This document shows, piece by piece, positions 52,109 through 64,000 of a DNA stretch of 64,000 nt. The DNA comes from Phoronis australis (lineage: Eukaryota > Animalia > Phoronida). Positions within the stretch are counted from its first letter, which is position 1; each line of letters begins with the position of its first letter. Both the position numbers and the translations under genes were made by a program. The DNA is taken from positions 200,957 to 264,956 of the forward strand of contig NMRA01000061.1 in NCBI GenBank assembly GCA_002633005.1, in the 5' to 3' direction. The notes below the pieces were generated by a model that made no database searches, was not told where the DNA came from, and saw only the letters and a list, made by a program, of their open reading frames with translations.

Positions 52109-53836
52109 AAGATTTTCCTGGATTTGTAAAGAACAACCATTTCGTAATGACATGACGCGATTCTCGGCGCATAAAAAACCCAAGTTGTCCCTGACTGCGT
52201 AGTTTAAGAATTAACCGGGGCTGAATTGTAACTCAGACGGGAACACATGGGTTATTTCACTCAACTGACAGTTGGCGAAGTAAGGACAGCTAATACTGAT
52301 GTGCAGATGAAATTTCCATAGCTACAAGTAATGTGTATGCACCTAGTTTTTTAGGTAAAATGTCACCTGACGTATGGAACCTTATGGAATGTCTTACTAC
52401 GTGTTTTTGCACGATTTTTACAAATAACGTACTTAATGGAAAATTTCACTTCTAAGAATCACCGTAGATGTTTGCTTGGGAAATTGAACAATGTTCTACT
52501 TATCTGAAGTATGCGATATAATTGTTTCTGAAAACTATGACGTTATTTTTGTTAAACGTTGATCCGCATCAAAATGTTTTCAGCTGAAAGCACAACCCTA
52601 CTTAACCAAACGATCCCAAACAGACAGTGAACAAAAGTATTCCCCCGGAAATTAAAACCATTTGCCCCTAATCATTCATCCCCAAATCGTATAGGGTAAC
52701 CGCACTAAACGCTCTCTAGTTAATTATTCGGAATGATAAATTCTTAATGTACGAACAACGTAAACAAGACATACCTGATACTGTCACGCTTTTAATCCAT
52801 CTTTTACTGTTGGTTTACAAAATATCCATTTGATGATGAGTTTGAGTTACAACGCCAGCTGCTTATCTTGCAAGAAGCACATACGTTNNNNNNNNNNNNN
52901 NNNNNNNNNNNNNNNNNNNNNNNNNNNNNNNNNNNNNNNNNNNNNNNNNNNNNNNNNNNNNNNNNNNNNNNNNNNNNNNNNNNNNNNNNNNNNNNNNNNN
53001 NGGTGAGGCCATAGCCCCACTTTTTTCAGTGCTGCGCCGTCCATGAAGATTTTCCTGGATTTGTAAAGAACAGTCAACCATTTCGTAATGACATGACGCG
53101 ATTCTCGGCGCATAAAAAACCCAAGTTGTCCCTGACTGCGTAGTTTAAGAATTAACCGGGGCTGAATTGTAACTGAGACGGGAACACATGGGTTATTTCA
53201 CTCAACTGACAGTTGGCGAAGTAAGGACAGCTAATACTGATGTGCAGATGAAATTTCCATAGCTACAAGTAACGTGTATGCACCTAGTTTTTTAGGTAAA
53301 ATGTCACCTGACGTATGGAACCTGTCTTACTACGTGTTTTTTCACGATTTTTACAAATAACGTACTTAATGGAAAATTTCACTTCTAAGAATCACCGTAG
53401 ATGTTTGCTTGGGAAATTGAACAAAGTTCTACTTATCTGAAGTATTTTACACCCTTCTTATGCGATATAATTGTTTCTGAAAACTATGACGTTATTTTTG
53501 TTAAACGTTGATCCGCATCAAAATGTTTTCAGCTGAAAGCACAACCCTACTTAACCAAACGATCCCAAACAGACAGTGAACAAAAGTATTCCCCCGGAAA
53601 TTAAAACCATTTGCCCCTAATCATTCATCCCCAAATCGTATAGGGTAACCGCACTAAACGCTCTCTAGTTAATTATTCGGAATGATAAATTCTTAATGTA
53701 CGAACAACGTAAACAAGACATACCTGATACTGTCACGCTTTTAATCCATCTTTTACTGTTGGTTTACAAAATATCCATTTGATGATGAGTTTGAGTTACA
53801 ACGCCAGCTGCTTATCTTGCAAGAAGCACATACGTT
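52066..53836. repeat. Near-identical ~830-bp tandem duplication across an N gap (52066-52887 and 53002-53836)
   Basis: Both copies abut the gap and differ by a few SNPs and short indels; probably uncollapsed haplotypes. Confidence 0.9.
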
Positions 53837-55501
53837 CCTTGGTCGATATTACTTTACAACGAAATCAACAAAGTGCTTGTTCGCTTTTTGAAACCTCCGG
53901 CCACATAAGTAGACTAATGTAGTAGAGGAATCGCGAGTTTTTATATGGCAGAAGATCTTAGTAAAACGAAGGCATTGGATGAAATTTAGCCAATCAGTGA
54001 TATCGGATTAGTTGACCAATCAACTACGAGGAACCTTGCTTAGAGGTGGAACCAAGCGTTGTTACATATACGTGTGTTTATAACCATAACGATGCAAATG
54101 AACGCAGTTCACCGAGTCGGCTAACTTATCGATCGCTTTTCTTTAAAATATTAAAAGGATACTAAGCCCTGTTTTGTTGATTTCAACCAACTCGTTCTGT
54201 TAGATCCATCTCACTTAAGTGATAGAAGCATGAGTCCAACTAAGAACTCATACTCTCTGTGTCACAGATTGGACATTATGGTTCTTGGTGGGTGGCCTTT
54301 CCATACAGTTGTGTAGCTCGCCAAAAGCGTAGGTCACGCTTGTCCATTTAGCAGGCTTTGAAAGGAGTTTTCAAAATTGTCTCCAAATATTTGAAGGCTG
54401 TCGATAATTATAGAGCGATAATTAGTCTTTGGGTGGGAAAGTCGTCTTAATATCTGCTGATAGGTCAAAACCGGGTTTGGAATCCTTTTAAGGATTTGTA
54501 GGACCTTACTTGTAAATTTCGAAGTTTTTTTGCAAAATTGAATGCCTGCATGGATAAATCATTTATCCTCATTTGTAGTTAACTTTAGTATCGATATTTT
54601 GCCTGTTATTTGGTACAAAAAAAAAACGATTTCCCGGACCCACTTGAACCGCCTGGAAATTTGTTTACTACTTCTCCAAGTTCGAAGGCTACAGTGCTGT
54701 AACTCAAAGCGAATCCCCCACCAGGCATGAGCAGTTCCGTCTACATCCACAGTCCACCGCCCTTTCATTCACAGAGTCACCATAAAACAGAGTCAACGAA
54801 ACTTTCCAATTTTAATATTCATTTCTCAATATCAAAAACGCTGTTAAGATTTTTAAACGCGAAGTTCTCTTGTACCTTGCCCCAGACGAATACGATCGAT
54901 GTTTTTACAAAAATGTCTTATGTTTTGCCACTGAGTTACTTTTGGCGTAGAAACCAAGTTAAAGGAGTAATCGAAAACCCCTAACCGAGGTAAAAGAGTA
55001 ATAAAACATTACTAACAGGGTTTTGAAGAGATGTCGGCACGTTTTCATTTAAAGAGGTTTTTATAAAAATCAACTAAGGGGTATTAGTGCTGTGAATGTG
55101 CCTTTATTAAAAATGAAAAGTTGACATAAAAGATGTAGCCACGTTATGATAACAATTACTCATAACTTTAAAACAATCCTATAGCGTCAGGGTGCCGTGC
55201 ACACGGATAAATGTTTATGACTTTTGGAGTGTAAGACATGCTCTTTAAACACCAGTTACCCAAATGTATTGTTCTCACTGCTAACTGAAGTCACCAGTAA
55301 TTTTGTATTTAGTACAACACAAAAGATTTTTCAGGAAAATCTCTAAAAATAATTGAAACCATAAGCTATGCACACGGTAGACTTTTGATTAGCAAACTAT
55401 TTGTATTTTTTAACAGATCCCTTGTTGGTGGACGAGTTATTGAGGTGTCTGATGAGCACCTTCTGTCGAGAATTAATTTTGAATAAGTGAATAAGATCAC
55501 T

Positions 55502-55568
55502 GAGAGAGAGAGAGAGAGGGAGAGAGANGGAGCGAGGGAGGGAGGGAGGGAGAGAGAGAGAAAGAGAG
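55502..55568. repeat. (GA)n/(GGGA)n microsatellite
   Basis: Directly visible. Confidence 0.9.
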
Positions 55569-58500
55569 TGTTTGAATATCAACATACGGGTCCCCGATAT
55601 TCAGTGAATGTACGGATTTCCACTCAAATACATGCTGGCCGGGCATTGACTATATTGCACCGTCATAATTACCCAATTGCCACCTTAGACGACATGGGCA
55701 CTTACAACGACACTGCGAGGAAGACTCCAACTTCGTTGAACTTCAATGACTACAATGAACGCCAAGGCATGTACATGCATGTACCGACAATGGTGGGCTG
55801 CCAATGGCAACGACGATAACACTGATGACAACAACAACGACAAAGCCAAAGAATAGGACAAACGCACTAATTCGACTGCGACACATCTTTGAAAATTCTT
55901 TCCTAGAACCACAGCCCTCCCCACTCCCCCGTCGTCGCTGTTGACGTTCGGACTCTGCAGTCTTAAGGTCAAGCCTCGTGGCGGCAGTCTCAAGACAGGT
56001 TCACTTTTTAGACCTGCCCACGTTATGCAGTTACGCAATTGGTATACGACTTTGGTATCGTTTATGAATTTCACAAAAATGTATTGTCAAGTTCATTCTT
56101 TATGAGTATAAAAATAACGTAAGCAATCTCAGTGGCGGGCTGCATAATCCGGAGAGGTACAAAAAGGAGCAGTATCCCCTGGGAATGAGTAGATGAACAT
56201 CGCGTTCTAAACGTCGGTTCTCAGAGTTTCGCCTATTTCCGTCAAAAATTCTGTAGTTCATCCGTATAATTATAATCTTTTGTTTTCGAGAATGAAAATG
56301 AGTCCTAGAGCGATATTCAATTTATTAGGGTCCAACTTGGGGCGAGCTCACTCTATTAGTGCCATGCTTTGAAGAGGTACATTTAAAAACGGCGTGGTTC
56401 CGGGATCCTTGATAAGTTGGTACAATACCTGAAAGGCTGTTTCAAAACTCCTTGAAAAAATGACTTGTTCCTGAAATTCTTGTAATTATTCCCGGGGCGA
56501 GCAAATCATATTGAACTGTCCAAATTTCATCATCCTTCGTCAAAATTCACGAAAACAATTGCTTGGAAAATTAATTCAAACTGACAAAAATCATTTTGCT
56601 GTTCGGGGCAGGATGATACATAACATACCGAATTTTAGCGTGCACCAAATTTCCCTGAAGTATCATCGATTTCTTACAAGATTAGTTTATAATGATGAAA
56701 CATCGTCTGTGAGTCAATCGATTTTCGTAGATACAAACTTGGTAAATTATGGATCTGTTTCATGAAAGCTGACTTAAGTCTTAAAAAGACTGAAATTTGA
56801 TCATATGCTCCACACAACTATTTCTCAAAATTTTGAGAGAAAAGTACAAAATCTCTGAGAATAAACGTATAACTGTTAGTTACAGAGATGTAAATTATTT
56901 CTAGGTTGTGATGTGTTCATAATTACTTGGCTAAACCATTTTTCAACAGATGTTAAGAGGGAGCGTAACACCAATAGTGTAAGTCACTTTCGTGAAGCAA
57001 ACCCCTGAACCCCTGCAGGTCACCAAAAGAAAATACATGTAACATTCACATATTGGGCCTCACACGGCAACACAATGTAAAAACTTATTGCATACACACT
57101 GCGTAGTTTTAATCAAAAAGCGACAGTCGAGCCGTGATTCACAGTATAGATTTGTTGGCTATTCCCGCAGGAATGCGCTCAAACACACAGTACTTGGCGG
57201 GTAATCCGGAGAGCACGGGATACGGACAGCCCACGGGCTGTTTGTGGGTATTTTCCCAAATGACGGGNGGGGGGGGGGGGGGGGGGGGGTACACAGATGT
57301 ATCGCATTGCCGTTTATATTGTTGCTGTACCGTACACCGCGCAACGCGGCATTTTTGCCCGGAGGCCGACAAGTAGCCTACGTCCAATAAATGACACTTA
57401 CCTGTTGCACAGAGCAGCTTCGGAAAAATTTGGTTGGCACGATGATGTCATATGTACCACTTTACGTGATTGGTTGAGAGTATCTTTGGGGTGCTCGGAG
57501 AAGCTACGAATTATGGGCGGCGTAATTTACGTCACAATTAATTACTTTCTGTGGTATGTAAGAAACAAAAACAATAATTTATTAAGAATACTCGTAATTC
57601 TGGTGTCAAAAGGATGGTTTGGTCGCTGGAGGCTATCTTTAGTGTTCTCTTGATTTTTCTCTCCTCTATGTGTTTCGCTGTGTCTTTCTTTTCTTCACTG
57701 CAACCCCTGTCCCCTGCCCTGCACCTTGCGGGTGACTCGAAGATTTTACCCGCTTACTTGAACATTATTAGGATACACACACCCTTCAAGTCCCCTGCTT
57801 CTCACTTCCCTGTTTGGTGGTGGGTCGCTGCCTCAACTTCGTGAGTGAGGGGACGCTCTCCCCCTTCCCCGTGCGTCTACGCTGAAATTGTACCTAGTTG
57901 ACAACGTTTTAGAAAGGAGTGCCAGTGCTTAACCACCTCTTTCGGGCAAAAATGCATCTATAATTAATTCCATCAATAAATCATATCATTAAAATAGATC
58001 TTAAATCGAGTCATACAAAACCGAAGAATTACAGTCGAATCATAGTTGATGTTGTTCAAAATAACGTTACGCTCGTTAAGTACGAGTAAAATTCAAGGAC
58101 ATTTTCACGTGCGTTGACCATTTTAAAAATGCAAAGCTGAATTGTTCATAACTCTATTTCAGAGAGTGACCAACTGGTCTTCGATAACATGTGTGAGAAT
58201 CACGATTAGTCCATATCAGTGACAACCATCTGTATCTTAATGAGTAATCAGTTAAAACCAACTGCAAGATTAAATTTCCTTTGACATAGATTATACGTGC
58301 AAATAATATTTTTTAGAAAGGGAGAACTCAGAACGTTATGCGGTTACGCATTTAGGGTATGATGTCTGCTAACTCACGAGTTTGTCATGCAAACTGGTGC
58401 CATATCCGCGCTTCTCAGATGTCCCCCGGGAAAGTGAAAACAGCCTAAGCGTGGTCAAATTATAAGTTGTCACCACAAACGCAACATCTCAACTTCCTTA

Positions 58501-58591
58501 TTATTCCCTAAACCACGGGAAAATGAGCAGCAATGTCGGAAGTTTTTTCACACTGACATAAAGGAGAATGACTAATGCCGTAATAGTCCAA

Positions 58592-58748
58592 CCTCTCGTT
58601 CAGTAACGCTAGGACCTCGCTAAAGCCGGAGCAACACTTCGCGAGATCGCGTGAGATATTGCCGTCGTGTATTTTAAGTGAGAACACGTGGCTTTAGCTA
58701 GATTTTAGCTAGGTCCTAGCGTAGGTCCTAGCGTTACTGAACGCACAC
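58592..58748 (+). mobile_element. MITE family A copy
   Basis: cctctcgttcagtaacgctaggacct ... aggtcctagcgttactgaacgcacac; flanks caa/cag. Confidence 0.8.
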
Positions 58749-60067
58749 CAGGCAGGTTTATTCGTGGTTGTCATGCTTGTCGTGCAGCAATGACGTCACG
58801 AGTGGGGGGGACAGAACCCACCGTATTTGCCATTGTGCTGTATGCTACCTCATTTGTCTTGCGCAGGATATTTTATTATTTTAAGTGTCAACAGAAAGTT
58901 TTGAGTCGGTGGCTGTGCCGCAGCTTCGTCGGTGGTTATTAGATCGTGGAATCACAGAAAATTATAGCAAGCCAGCTAGCTGTGTGAAGACTGTCCTCAA
59001 AATACACCTTGGTATCACTTTGTGTAGCTTTGGTACAAAGGTATACACAGCTATGCGCCGATGTGGGTAAAAAACTTACCAAATAAAATCGGGCACAAAA
59101 TTTTTGTCATTGAGACTGCAGTCTTCCTTGAGTAAACTAAATTATTTACCGGTGTTTGAAAAATTGGCGTTCTGCCGTTATTCTGCTGCTAAATTTGTGG
59201 TGTGATCTTTTGCTTCGGCTTTCGGTGTCACCTATTGGCCATTTTTTTCGCCGATTTTTCAATCTACTGTTCTCTTCCCAGCACGAGGTTGCGTAGATGT
59301 CACACCAACTTTTTTTTACAAATTTTTGGTATTTCAATACCAGCAAACCGAATTTTTGAAAAATTTTGCTGCTGCGAAGCTGTCATCATCTCCCTAGTGA
59401 TGTCGCAAAATGTTAGGAAATAGCGCGCGCACGGGTATTTTAAAGAGCATAGTGAATTAACACCACTCAAATGACACAATTAATATCAAAATTTTCCAAT
59501 GCTAACGAAATGTTAAGGTGCGAGTACGTTAAGCGTGAGATTTATAAGGCGCGGCTATCGACATCAGCATACATGTATAGTGGGACACGAGATGAACTAT
59601 CAATTCTCCCTACTCTGTCCCCTGTTTCCGCACAGTTCTATCCACTCTCGCGTTTACACGCGTGATCTTCATACAACCCGCAATTGGTTTATTGCGTGTC
59701 CCGATATTACGTAGTATGTTTCGACCAATAAATTCTCGTATCTCGAGATCTGCTAGTTAACACATCATCAGAATAATGTTGCGGGTATTCTAAATTGACA
59801 GCTGGTCGACTGGTGGATTTGTTTTTGGTGTTTTTAATATGAAATTGACGATTGTAAGCACTTTAACTACTCGTAATGGAAATATACTTAGGAAAGTGGC
59901 CAAATGTGTCATAAGTGCTGAAAAAGCACGAAATGATTTTCTAGAGAACCCGTTCTAATCCACTTACTGTATGTATATTTTTAAACATGTGCACATTTGT
60001 ATAAAATGCGATCAATGATGTAATGGGGGTCGAAGACCTCATTAAAAAGAAATATATACATATATGA

Positions 60068-60081
60068 TGTGTGTGAGTGTG

Positions 60082-60117
<36 letters not shown>

Positions 60118-60173
60118 NNNNNNNNNNNNNNTGTTTGCGTATGTCTGCGTGTGTCAGTGTGTGTGCGCGCGTG
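60068..60173. repeat. (GT)n microsatellite with gap
   Basis: Directly visible. Confidence 0.9.
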
Positions 60174-60246
60174 TTTGGCGTTGGTTTACCCCTCCCCCCG
60201 GTTGTTGTAACTCTCGTCGCCATCAACGAACTGCACATATATACAT

Positions 60247-60395
60247 CATGGGCGGTGCAGCACTGAAAAAAGTCGGGGGCTATAGCACACCAGTCCCCCT
60301 GTGGTGCACCGCCCAGCCCTATGAGCGGCGAAGCACTGGAAAAAAAGGGGGGGTTGGGCTATAGCCACCCAGCCCCCTATGGTGCGCCGCCCATA
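60247..60395 (+). mobile_element. MITE family B dimer
   Basis: Two units; flanks tacat/cacat. Confidence 0.8.
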
Positions 60396-60504
60396 CACAT
60401 ACATTACATATTATACATAAGCGCGATACACACTCTGTTGCACATCCACGATAAAATAAATAGCGTTTAAAGGCTCCAGAATCTCAGTTGTTGTCCCTGG
60501 GCAG

Positions 60505-60584
60505 TGTTTGTTAGTGGATATGAGAGTATACGTACGTGAATCGTTGTTTGTTAGTGGATATGAGAGTATACGTATGTGAATCGT
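60505..60584. repeat. 40-bp tandem duplication
   Basis: tgtttgttagtggatatgagagtatacgtaYgtgaatcgt twice, one mismatch. Confidence 0.9.
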
Positions 60585-61271
60585 GGTTTTTGGGTGCACA
60601 AGCCGCGTTTTGTGATCGAGTCACAGAACTGAGTTTACAGGTACGTGAACTGTGTTCAGGAGTGACAAGGAAAAGATGAACTTATAGGAATGGAGTGAAG
60701 AGTCGTCGGCGTGTCCACTCAGTTGGGTGGGCAAGGACAGAAAACAAAAAAGTTCGAATAAAAGTTACAAATTTGAGTTTTAATAAACGCGGTTTCACCT
60801 GGGCTCTGTATCCGTTTGCTATAAATTAGCTATAAACAAACAACCAGTTTTTCATATGGTATTTTGCTTGAAAACTCTTAAAACAGGCGTAACTGTATCA
60901 CTCGAGAAGATGATGGACTAAGGAAATTACGGCCGTTGCCGTGGGAACTCAATACACAAGAATAATTCTTATTGATAAGGCTCAGATCAAATCGTTTCAG
61001 TAGTTATGTATTAAACGTTCACAAGCAGGTTTTTCTGTGCGGTCTCAGATACATGAGAAGAATTGTTAATATTGTTTTCATAAAAAATACTAAAAGTTTC
61101 AAAATACGTTTCAGGGTAAGTAAATTATCCCAAATACTTTCTAGTAAAAAATAGCGGTATGGTTTCAAAAATGCCATTGTATCCGCCAAATGTTTCACTG
61201 CTCCGGTACAGCAAAGTCGTTTAGTTATTTATTGCCATCATTGAGTAAAGGCAGTTTTTGCAAATCTATCA

Positions 61272-61389
61272 CATGGGAGGCTATAGCCCCCCAGCCCCCT
61301 ATGGCCCCGCACATGGTCTACAGGCGCTGCACCACAAGGGGGCTGAGGGGGCTTTAGCCCCCACTTTTTTCAGTGCTGCGCCACCCATG
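61272..61389 (-). mobile_element. MITE family B dimer
   Basis: catg...catg ends; tatca on both flanks. Confidence 0.8.
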
Positions 61390-63066
61390 TATCAATAGTG
61401 GTGATACATTTCATGAAAATGGAAAGCTTCGTTTGAACTTTCTTAACAATCTGATTTTTGTATTCAAACGTTTCATCCAGTGTAAATAATGTCAAACTGG
61501 ATCCTAGCATTATTCAGTTCTTGAGTGGACAGTGAAATACTACCGTTTATTTATTTCATTGTGACGGCGATCAAGAAATCAATGTTGGCTTTCTGTTGTT
61601 CGGTGATAAGACCACGCGCAAGAACATAAAATTGAAGTTCAATGTCTTCTTCATTAGCAATGTTGCTCTAACAAATACAAAAATCGAATACTGTAGAGTT
61701 CACTCAATTCATGTACATCTATATGACAAGATTAATTGAGCTCGCCCACGGTTAAACTGATTGCAATTATGCCATTCATTTATTTCAAACCTGTTGATTA
61801 AAGATTGCATCAACCCCTTCTTCCTCACAAACAATTCTGTTTCGTGAACGGTCTGAACCTAACTAGCTAGGCTCTTCCTTATTGCGGCGCACAACTAAAG
61901 CGCTCCCACTATGTAATGTCCGTGAACTTGTTTGTCGACCATCTTCTTGATTTTAACACTTATACCCATTTCCTTTTCGACAGAAAATTTCACGAAATTA
62001 AAAACAAAACGGCGGGAACCATAGTAAGAAAAACCGCAGTTAAACATATGATAAAGTATGATAACAACACACGCAAAGAACTATTTCGGTCATTTTTTTG
62101 CTTGCCCTACATTTTTCATTCTTGGTCCAACTAAATCTTTGGGCTGTCACAGCTCCGACACTCTCCAGAAATTACTCCCCCGGTAGATTCGTAGGAACCC
62201 TCACAGTCATAAAGATTTCCTATCAAGTTCAACATATACAATGTTTTTTAGCGTTGACTGAAAATTCATTATTCATTTCAACACTGACACGCATGATGTA
62301 AGCCAAGTGTTGACTTATGGGAACACATTAACTTTACCTTTTCACGTTTATTCACTTGTTCAATGCCGAGATGGACTCGCCAATTACAGGAAACAGCTTA
62401 CAATATGTGGCTTAGCTAATTGTCGAGGATTCAAAATTGGTTGTGTACGGTTTTAATTACGTCTCTGGTTTGATGAAGCTAGGAGACCACACAAACGCAC
62501 CAATAATCAGTGAGTAATTAGGTGATATCAGACTTCCTGAGATTCCGCACAAAATTCACGCGTGGAACACGAAAACTCGTAAAAATACCTATAAACAGAT
62601 CGTGGCGAATCTACTTCTTGAGGTTGCTAACGTGAGAGTTATTCATTATGCATACTGCAAGAATTTAGTAGAAAAAAATCATCAGATTCACAATTTTTGA
62701 AACACAGACGAGATAAAAACTCTTTTACCCCAATACAATTTTCAAACTTTCCGCCCCTAATAATAACATATATGCGAGCATGCGTTCAAAGAAGTTGGAG
62801 TGGCTGTTGCTTGTAATGTTTTATTTATCTCAAAGGTCAAATTTTTCGTTCCAAATAAGGAGTCACGTGCTTTGCCAGGTGGGAGAAAAATCGACTAACT
62901 GACGAGCAGTTGACAGATCGCTTTTTTAATTTGAAAGTAATACAAAAATGCTTTGACATCAATAGAAATTCAAAATTTTTAGTAACAAACCGAAAAAATA
63001 CCTGTTTCAGTAGCAGAGAACCGCTCTGAATAATACATTGCAACTTATTGAATTCTACTGAACTTA

Positions 63067-63346
63067 CAAGAGCGGCTCACCATAGGAGGCTGGGCGGTGC
63101 AGCACTGAAAAAAGTGGGGCTATAGCCCCCCCCCAGCCCCCCTGTGGTGCACCACCTATAGACCATGTGCGGCGTAGCACTGAAAAAGTGGGGGGGCTAT
63201 TGCCCCCAGCCCCCTATGGTGCGCCGCCCATGTATAGCCCCCACTTATTTCAGTGCTGCGCCGCCAATGGACATGGACATGGGGTCGCACCATAAGGGGC
63301 TGGGGTGGGCTATAGTGCCACCTATTTCAGTGCTGCGCCGCCCATG
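63067..63346. mobile_element. MITE family B multimer with units in both orientations
   Basis: About five full or partial units; actta on both flanks (63062-63066 and 63347-63351). Confidence 0.8.
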
Positions 63347-64000
63347 ACTTAGACTGTTCTTCACGTTCTATGACACTTCAAGCACACTAGCCACACACGA
63401 TGCACTTGCTTCTAGTAATCAACGCGCAGCAGTTTTTGCATTGTGTGAAGGGTCTTCGTTAGCGTTGTATTAGCCGCGACTCTCGCCGATCCCACGAATG
63501 TCATAGTGCTTAGTGGATAATTTTTGTCGAGCTCAATCAAAGAGGGTGCACGGGTATCGTTTGTACGATTGCTCAGGATATGCGCTCGTGCGTGCTCTCT
63601 AAATGGCTCTTTTGGAGTGTAGCTGGTCACGTGACACGTCTGTTAAGCACGCGAAGCTGGCTCCGTGAGCGGACAAACTGTGCAGTGCAGCCATTGCCAC
63701 GCATAAATTGGTGTCGCTGCTTTTAACTCGTCGTGTGCGGCTAGATAATTTAATGTTTCCCGAGACCAGTCAAACCTCGTAAGCTAAATTAAAACATGGG
63801 TCATATTTCCCTTTGTTGATCAATGTGGCCCCCAATATATTTTAGTAGTAAATACCTGTGAAACATGACGGTAATGCGCTTGGTTTCGCACGGATTTCGT
63901 TCTCTTCATTCTTCACGAAGTGATAACTTGTACGTGTGATAGGAAGGCGCTTTTTAGATAAAAATATTTAGTTAAGATCTCTTTTGTTATTCTTTGGTCG

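Noticed and set aside
60188-60222. PBS-like TGGCGACGAG next to a polypurine tract (TRIM-like signature)
   Set aside because: No flanking LTRs or TG...CA ends; probably chance.
29954-63346. CRISPR-like reading of the short palindromic repeats
   Set aside because: Eukaryotic context, dispersed copies with TSDs, no regular unique spacers and no cas genes.

Overview
AT-rich, gene-poor stretch of a draft eukaryotic (animal, probably marine invertebrate) genome with several N gaps; there is no prokaryotic operon or CRISPR content. Only one host gene is supported: a class A (rhodopsin-like) GPCR on the minus strand whose whole CDS lies in one exon (ATG 12157 to stop 10907) behind a splice acceptor at 12300. 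The rest is a dense transposon landscape. It includes an intact, young Ty3/Gypsy (Mag-like) LTR retrotransposon (22218-26917: 138-bp LTRs with 1 mismatch, CCGAA TSD, tRNA-Ser-type PBS, single 1330-aa gag-pol whose RT motif reads MSDD) and a decayed Penelope-like element interrupted by a CACTA-ended insert. Two Kolobok-type relics each carry a convergent THAP remnant plus a Cys-rich KolX/P2X7-ballast-like remnant. There are also hAT transposase relics (one present as an inverted ~830-bp pair), a decayed THAP + DDE (ISL2EU/Harbinger-like) relic, a tRNA-derived SINE and several MITE families. The most unusual pattern is a ~65-bp CATGGGCG-ended MITE that occurs as monomers, dimers and multimers, each array bounded by one 5-bp target-site duplication. 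All calls come from reading the sequence by eye; no database search was run, and no clearly new biological system can be claimed.
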